A stretch of DNA of 64,000 nucleotides, from NCBI GenBank assembly GCA_965208325.1, contig OZ242326.1, forward strand, positions 1,536,001 to 1,600,000, given 5' to 3'. Every line of letters starts with the position of its first letter. Position 1 is the first letter of the stretch. The stretch comes from Candidatus Poribacteria bacterium (lineage in GTDB: Bacteria > Poribacteria > WGA-4E > PCPOR2b). The notes below the pieces were generated by a model that saw only the letters and a list, made by a program, of their open reading frames with translations, was not told where the DNA came from and made no database searches. This document shows, in pieces, positions 58,951 through 64,000 of the stretch. A program made the translations under genes and the position numbers.

Positions 58951-59775
58951 TTACCCTCCTTGAGCGGATTGAATTTGCAAGATATGTAGTTTCCATTGCT
59001 CATATTCTAAGGCTGTTAGCGTGATATTGTCAATGGTAAATGCAGCCGGTGAGTTCAGCGACAACTCCTCAAGCGTTTTCTGGGTGGCAGCAACATCGGC
59101 AAAAAGCCTTTCCCGCATTCTTTCACGAAAAATTACCACTCTCAACCACTCCCGGCGGCGGGTGTGGTACCAGCGTGTGATGAAGAAATCGCTGTTGAGT
59201 TGTGTCAGTCGTGCCGTAGTCAGAAAATAAGTCGTGTATTTGATGTCTCCACGAAAGCCTTCGACAAGCAAATCATAAGGCGAAAACCTTTCGTTTCGAT
59301 TGGCGATATCGTGCGCACGGAACCGAATACCTGATGCTGATAGGTCACGACATATCGCTAACTCAAAGAGATAGCCACGTGAAAACGCTGCCCACCAATA
59401 AAGACAATAAACGAGCAAAATTCGACAATCGTTGTCATCGCGGTTAAAACCCTCTATTTCATCCAATAGTCGACAAATCTTCCGTGCGACTTTTGCTTGA
59501 AGGCGGCTACCCTCTACTTCTAAGGCCTCTAATGTAAGCAGACGAGCGAGGAAAGAATCGGCAAATTTTCGATCGATGTGTGTCGAGTAAAACTGCCGAA
59601 ATGTTTGTTCCTGTCTACCAATAACGGTAACGCTGTCGTCTAACAAACCGACTGCCTCCACCAAGGTCGACCAATCGGAAGATGAAAGAGTTAACTCATC
59701 TACCAAATAATGCAACAACACGCGGTGGTGTTCTTGGCGGAGTTGTGGATTCAATCGGACTTCATTTATTTCCAC
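58951..59775 (-). CDS. Hypothetical protein with possible PD-(D/E)XK restriction-nuclease-like motif
   Basis: GYLFE...SPYDL...GDIK arrangement; start overlaps upstream gene. Confidence 0.5.
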   Translation of the reverse strand: MEINEVRLNPQLRQEHHRVLLHYLVDELTLSSSDWSTLVEAVGLLDDSVTVIGRQEQTFRQFYSTHIDRKFADSFLARLLTLEALEVEGSRLQAKVARKICRLLDEIEGFNRDDNDCRILLVYCLYWWAAFSRGYLFELAICRDLSASGIRFRAHDIANRNERFSPYDLLVEGFRGDIKYTTYFLTTARLTQLNSDFFITRWYHTRRREWLRVVIFRERMRERLFADVAATQKTLEELSLNSPAAFTIDNITLTALEYEQWKLHILQIQSAQGG

Positions 59776-60028
59776 GACAAATCTTCACTTTTAGGTGTTT
59801 ATCTCCAAGATTAAGAAGTGCCTCTCTGTTTGCTTTGGTTTCTCGAATTAGAAATCTCAATGCCTCATTCACGGATGCCGCGTTTGGAAACACCGCGGCA
59901 ACTTCAGGTTCTAGACGTACAACAAACCTACCAAAGTGATTTCGCTCAGGTCCCATTTTTCTCACTTGCAGGTCACTCAAGTGATATTCCGGTCGAAGTT
60001 CATCTTGCATTGTGCTCTTACCTGCCAT
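59762..60028 (-). CDS. BrnA-like orphan antitoxin/small DNA-binding protein
   Basis: DELRPEY.L...V.LEPEVAAVFPNAASVNEALR.LI; ATG 60028 is 4 bp after the ATPase stop. Confidence 0.7.
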   Translation of the reverse strand: MAGKSTMQDELRPEYHLSDLQVRKMGPERNHFGRFVVRLEPEVAAVFPNAASVNEALRFLIRETKANREALLNLGDKHLKVKICRGNK

Positions 60029-60032
60029 TAAT

Positions 60033-63000
60033 TTATTCTTTCGCTGTCTGGTCTTCAATTTGCTCCATCAATTTTCGTGAGATGCGCGCGAGAACGGCGA
60101 GGCGAAGTTCTGCATCTCCATCGGCATCATAGGCGTCGAAAACTTCCTCAATTTCGCGCTGAATGTATTTTGCCTGTTCCTCGGCAGTCGGCGGTAAAGA
60201 AATGACCCGTTCTTGCTCCTTTGCTGTGAGCGTGGTGATGCCGACGCGCATGACTTCCCCTGCGCTATCCGCAAATCCATCGGATTGCATGTGCCGCTCA
60301 AATGATACGACTTCAAAGTGGTGAAACTTCCGTGCAAGTTCGGAGAAGTTCATCTCGAACTGGGTTGTATCGGAATCGTTCCACGATGCCGGAGGCTTTT
60401 GGACTATATAGGTGCCGATGGCTTCAAGCCAGTTCTTGAAATCAAGTTCACCATCACAGACTCGAATAAGAAAACCCTTGAGTTTTGTCTCAATGGTTAA
60501 CTCCAGCAGCGGTTCGGCTCGCCTATTGAGTTCCACCTGAATCGTCTCGGTGGATCCTTTCAATGAGAATGCTGAAGCAATGAGTTGTGCGAGCGACGTC
60601 AATAAGTCGTCATAAGCCCGATTTAGCTCAGACAATGCTCTACGCAATGTATTGAAAAATTTGCCAACAGTCGTTGAATCCATTTCTTCGTAAGGTCCAA
60701 ACGCATCAAATCCGAGTGCTTGAGGCAATTGAACGAATAGGAGTGTGTCCGGTTCTCGCGCATCGCTTATGGTTTTCCGCAATTCGATCGCTTCGCGGCT
60801 TAGGTCCTGAGTGAGCATCGTGTAGCGCGGCAGCTTGGCGACGAAACGGACGTGCGGCTTAACGACAGCTAGCAGGTTCGGCGGTCCCGTTGTGGTCGGC
60901 GGTTGGGAAAGGAGCCCCAAGAATTGCGAGAACACGTCAGATCGAAGCCCTGTCATTCGAAATCGCTTGAGTTCAAATTTCTCCGGCGATTTGATTAGCC
61001 GCTCAAAAACGGCGGACGAGATGTCCGTGACAAAGGAACCATCTTCGTAAAGTGCGATTTCGGATTCGTAATGCAGCAAAACCGCGCACAGCAGGATAGG
61101 TATAGGTCCATTTCTCAGACCGATTGGGGGTTTTTCTAGACGGTCATAGAGTTCTGAGATTCGTTGACGCTCTAATTCACATTCATCGAGAAACGTCTCA
61201 ATGGCTGACCAAGTATAAGACATCCTGCTGCCGTTATCTGAATTTGGTGGATGAAATCCCCATTCACCAGACTCGTTGCGATGTATGCCGGTATCGGAGA
61301 GTAAAGAGAGGTAAACGCTCATTTCCGGCGGATAGCCGTCGATACCGAGGTTCGCTTGATCTGCGCGTTCAAGCATCGCGGCGATGAGCATTCTTCGCGC
61401 GCGTGAGGCTGAGTGAGACAGACGGCGTTGATTGATGAGTTCATTGCGGATGATTGGCGCGTTGTGGTACACGTTGTCACAAATCGTAGAAAGGTATTCG
61501 TTCAACTCTCGCCTTGTAGCAATCGGTATTGCATTGCCGCGATAATACCAAGTACATTTTCCTTCGTGCTGTGCGGCGATGTTTGACCCGAATAGAGATG
61601 TCAACTGGTCAGATACGGCACGTTCCGCCTCCGTGGTGCGCGCCTTGAGTTCTCGCCGCGCCGTGGCGTCACCATCAAGTTCGGGGGTGTTAGTCTCAAC
61701 CCATCGCAAACGCGCAAGTTCAAGGACAGCCTCCTTCAAGAGACCGATAGAACGAGGAATCGCAACGATAACATCTTCGCGATCGGCGACGGATGCTTTG
61801 GCTGCTTTCTTTGCAAGCGTCTCGGCTTCAGATTCGCTTACTGGAAGGCTGTAGAGAATTAACCCGTCGGCATCATCTAGTGGAGATTTAATATCGGTTT
61901 CAAATCGTCCAACATCAGTGTATCGAACCACGAAATACCGCAATGTGCCGGTCAAATAGAGATGCCGCCGGGCAATGAGTGGTTGGGGCGGCAACAGCTT
62001 GGAAATAGTGGACGCCAATCCTTGATTTAAGTCAAACTGTGCCGCCGCTTCGGCGAGGCGTGATTCAATGTCAATGTCGCTTCCATCCCAGAGGGCGTAG
62101 GCGTCGTTGTACCGGCGGTAAATCGCAATCGATCGCTTTACCAATTCTGACAAGGCATGCTCAAATTCTTGAGAGAAAGTATGCGTACCATCGTCAAGCG
62201 CATACTTGAGTAGGGGTTTTGAGCACTTCAGATTTGCACTCACCTCCCCGACGGCTCCCAGTAGGCCGACGGTTTTTATGAGTTTCACGGTCATCGGCGA
62301 TGGGTTCGGCAACCGCGAGATTGCGGCTGCAATTCCCGCCCACTTTTTACCCTCGCTAGCGGTATACAGGCGGTTCCCAAGGGCGGTGTTGATATAGTCG
62401 TACAAATCGGGGAGTGTAAAGAGCGGCAATCGGTTGCCGTCGTATGAATGGGTTATAAGAAAATCTTGGAGCCCGTGGGGTTCGGCGGAGTTGAGCAGGG
62501 CAAAGAGTGAGCGTTCGTTTTGCGCGAATCGGCGGAAAAGCGAACCGACCATGAGGGAAACCGTCGGGTGAAGCGGCAGACAGTTTTCAAGGATTTGCAA
62601 ATAATCAGAGCTGCCAAGTTGGCGCGGTTTGAGCTCTAAATCTACCGAATCGGTGAGAACGCTACGATTTAAATCCTGCGGCGCAGTGACATCTCTTTCA
62701 ATGGCGTTACCAATCAGGCGGAGCACCTGTTCTGCCGGTTCCATGAAGGCGACATCCTCGAAACGTCCTTGAATTTTCGCCCACTCTTCGCGTTGCGATG
62801 CTCCCATTCGCTGTGCGTAATGTTCAAAGGCTTGATGGAGAATCGTTAGCAAGAGAAGAGGGGTTTCTTCGCTTCTCGATGCAAATTCCGCGAGGCTCTG
62901 CAGGACGAAAACGTCCCCTTGGGACGGGTGTTGCGCCGCATATTCGAGGAACTTGCCAAGCTCATCGACGACGAGTATCAGTCCAGCACCGCCTGCCTCG

Positions 63001-63572
63001 CCAATCTGCAGCGTGGCAGTTTCAAAAAGTATTGTGATTTCGGATGAAGGGGGCGGCTTTCCGTTAGCCGCGGCGTTCAAGCGTGCTTCGACTTCGGAGA
63101 CTAGGGCGCGAATCTCTGAGCTATTGCTGTCGAATTGGATAAGACCTATCGCTAGTGCGCGCAGCAATGCGATTGAAATTGGTGTGCGCTCTCCGGAGAT
63201 AAGGACAGGACAGAAACCTCGCTCCCTCTGCCGTTTGGCACGCGCCTCGTCGAACCGATCCCATAGGGAGACATCACCATGTTCTAGCAGACTCAGTGCG
63301 CTTTGGGTCGCCGGTGAACCCGGGTCTCCGAGCAGTTTTGCAGCAAAAAGCGCGAATGCGGATTTTCCCGAGCCGTAGGGCCCCGTGAGTGACCAGGCTT
63401 TGGTCTCAGCACCGTTCTCAAGTGCGGAAATCAGGCGCCGCAGTGTTTCGCGGGCGGTGACGGTTACGACGTAACCATCCAGCGAGTTTTCGGCATAGAA
63501 ATCGCGTTCAAGGTGAACCGATCTGCGAAAACGACCGGTGACCTTAAAGAGATCGGAGAGTGGTTTATTCAT
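60033..63572 (-). CDS. Large P-loop ATPase, SspC / type-4-BREX BrxC-like
   Basis: RFRRSVHLERD, Walker A TGPYGSGKS, Walker B VVDELGKFLE, LHQAFE.Y, EWAKIQGRF, PLHP, FAQNERSLF. Confidence 0.82.
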   Translation of the reverse strand: MNKPLSDLFKVTGRFRRSVHLERDFYAENSLDGYVVTVTARETLRRLISALENGAETKAWSLTGPYGSGKSAFALFAAKLLGDPGSPATQSALSLLEHGDVSLWDRFDEARAKRQRERGFCPVLISGERTPISIALLRALAIGLIQFDSNSSEIRALVSEVEARLNAAANGKPPPSSEITILFETATLQIGEAGGAGLILVVDELGKFLEYAAQHPSQGDVFVLQSLAEFASRSEETPLLLLTILHQAFEHYAQRMGASQREEWAKIQGRFEDVAFMEPAEQVLRLIGNAIERDVTAPQDLNRSVLTDSVDLELKPRQLGSSDYLQILENCLPLHPTVSLMVGSLFRRFAQNERSLFALLNSAEPHGLQDFLITHSYDGNRLPLFTLPDLYDYINTALGNRLYTASEGKKWAGIAAAISRLPNPSPMTVKLIKTVGLLGAVGEVSANLKCSKPLLKYALDDGTHTFSQEFEHALSELVKRSIAIYRRYNDAYALWDGSDIDIESRLAEAAAQFDLNQGLASTISKLLPPQPLIARRHLYLTGTLRYFVVRYTDVGRFETDIKSPLDDADGLILYSLPVSESEAETLAKKAAKASVADREDVIVAIPRSIGLLKEAVLELARLRWVETNTPELDGDATARRELKARTTEAERAVSDQLTSLFGSNIAAQHEGKCTWYYRGNAIPIATRRELNEYLSTICDNVYHNAPIIRNELINQRRLSHSASRARRMLIAAMLERADQANLGIDGYPPEMSVYLSLLSDTGIHRNESGEWGFHPPNSDNGSRMSYTWSAIETFLDECELERQRISELYDRLEKPPIGLRNGPIPILLCAVLLHYESEIALYEDGSFVTDISSAVFERLIKSPEKFELKRFRMTGLRSDVFSQFLGLLSQPPTTTGPPNLLAVVKPHVRFVAKLPRYTMLTQDLSREAIELRKTISDAREPDTLLFVQLPQALGFDAFGPYEEMDSTTVGKFFNTLRRALSELNRAYDDLLTSLAQLIASAFSLKGSTETIQVELNRRAEPLLELTIETKLKGFLIRVCDGELDFKNWLEAIGTYIVQKPPASWNDSDTTQFEMNFSELARKFHHFEVVSFERHMQSDGFADSAGEVMRVGITTLTAKEQERVISLPPTAEEQAKYIQREIEEVFDAYDADGDAELRLAVLARISRKLMEQIEDQTAKE

Positions 63573-63659
63573 AGTGGTGAGTGTTTTTTGAAGGGCTTTA
63601 TTCCTCTAATTATAGTCACTGCAACTAAAAATTATACATATGAATCCAATCAAAAACGG

Positions 63660-64000
63660 GATTTAACCCCCCTAGCCCCCCTTATCAGGGGGGTATGGGA
63701 ATTTGTGTAAATTTCAATGTAAATGGCTATATTACCCACGTCTCAATGGGTGTGTATCATGCTTTTCAGAAACAGCGATTTATCGGAAATATCCACATGC
63801 CGCTCCGCTAGAAGCGAGAGTGATAATCTCCGGAAGACTATCGCCCTCGTTATTCACTCGGTTGATCCTTCCCTTATCGGTCAGTTGATCCTCCTTGGTA
63901 AGGAGGGGAATGATAATTGTAATGAATCAACAAGACATCCCGCTGTGGGAGGGACATCCCTGTCCCGATTATCAGGGCTAGGAAGCCTCTCCCACAAACC
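63660..64000. repeat. Cluster of REP-like hairpins and nested short repeats upstream of the ATPase
   Basis: CCCCCTAGCCCCCCTTATCAGGGGGG at ~63667; ACTATCGC...TTGATC at 63837; GTGGGAG...CTCCCAC inverted pair at ~63944-63995. Confidence 0.75.

Noticed and set aside
57448..63572. Complete BREX or Dnd system
   Set aside because: No pglZ, brxL, pglX or dndB/D/E recognisable in the window; only SspC- and SspD-like components are supported.
45700..64000. Prophage or autonomous transposon as carrier of the island
   Set aside because: No integrase, transposase, structural genes or tRNA att site seen within the window.

Overview
Bacterial chromosomal window, probably Candidatus Poribacteria. This is inferred from tandem LamG and TolB-like secreted proteins ending in an 'AV.P..K..tWg.iK' motif, paired DUF6785-type membrane proteins and dense REP-like repeats. 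Positions 1-45 kb are mostly housekeeping and metabolic genes: sugar-acid oxidoreductases/epimerases, rsmD, kdsB, pyrG, msrP, a CtpA protease, a lipid A acyltransferase, secA, polysaccharide genes, sppA, an MsbA-like ABC transporter and a sigma-70 factor. This part also holds an orphan DNA methyltransferase and a decaying tandem duplication of LamG genes. Positions ~45.7-64 kb form a repeat-rich defence island with every gene on the minus strand. It contains hicB-hicA between two MITE-like repeats, an XRE-ImmA protein coupled to a MazF/PemK gene, a phosphorothioate (PT)-binding SBD-HNH nuclease and SspC/SspD-like PT-modification genes. The standout is a tight four-gene operon: Cas4/AddB-like Fe-S nuclease, long prokaryotic Argonaute (apparently intact DEDD tetrad, non-canonical MID pocket), small helical protein, and HEXXH zincin-like protein. 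All calls come from motif recognition by eye; no database searches were run. No rRNA, tRNA, CRISPR array, integrase or transposase was recognised.
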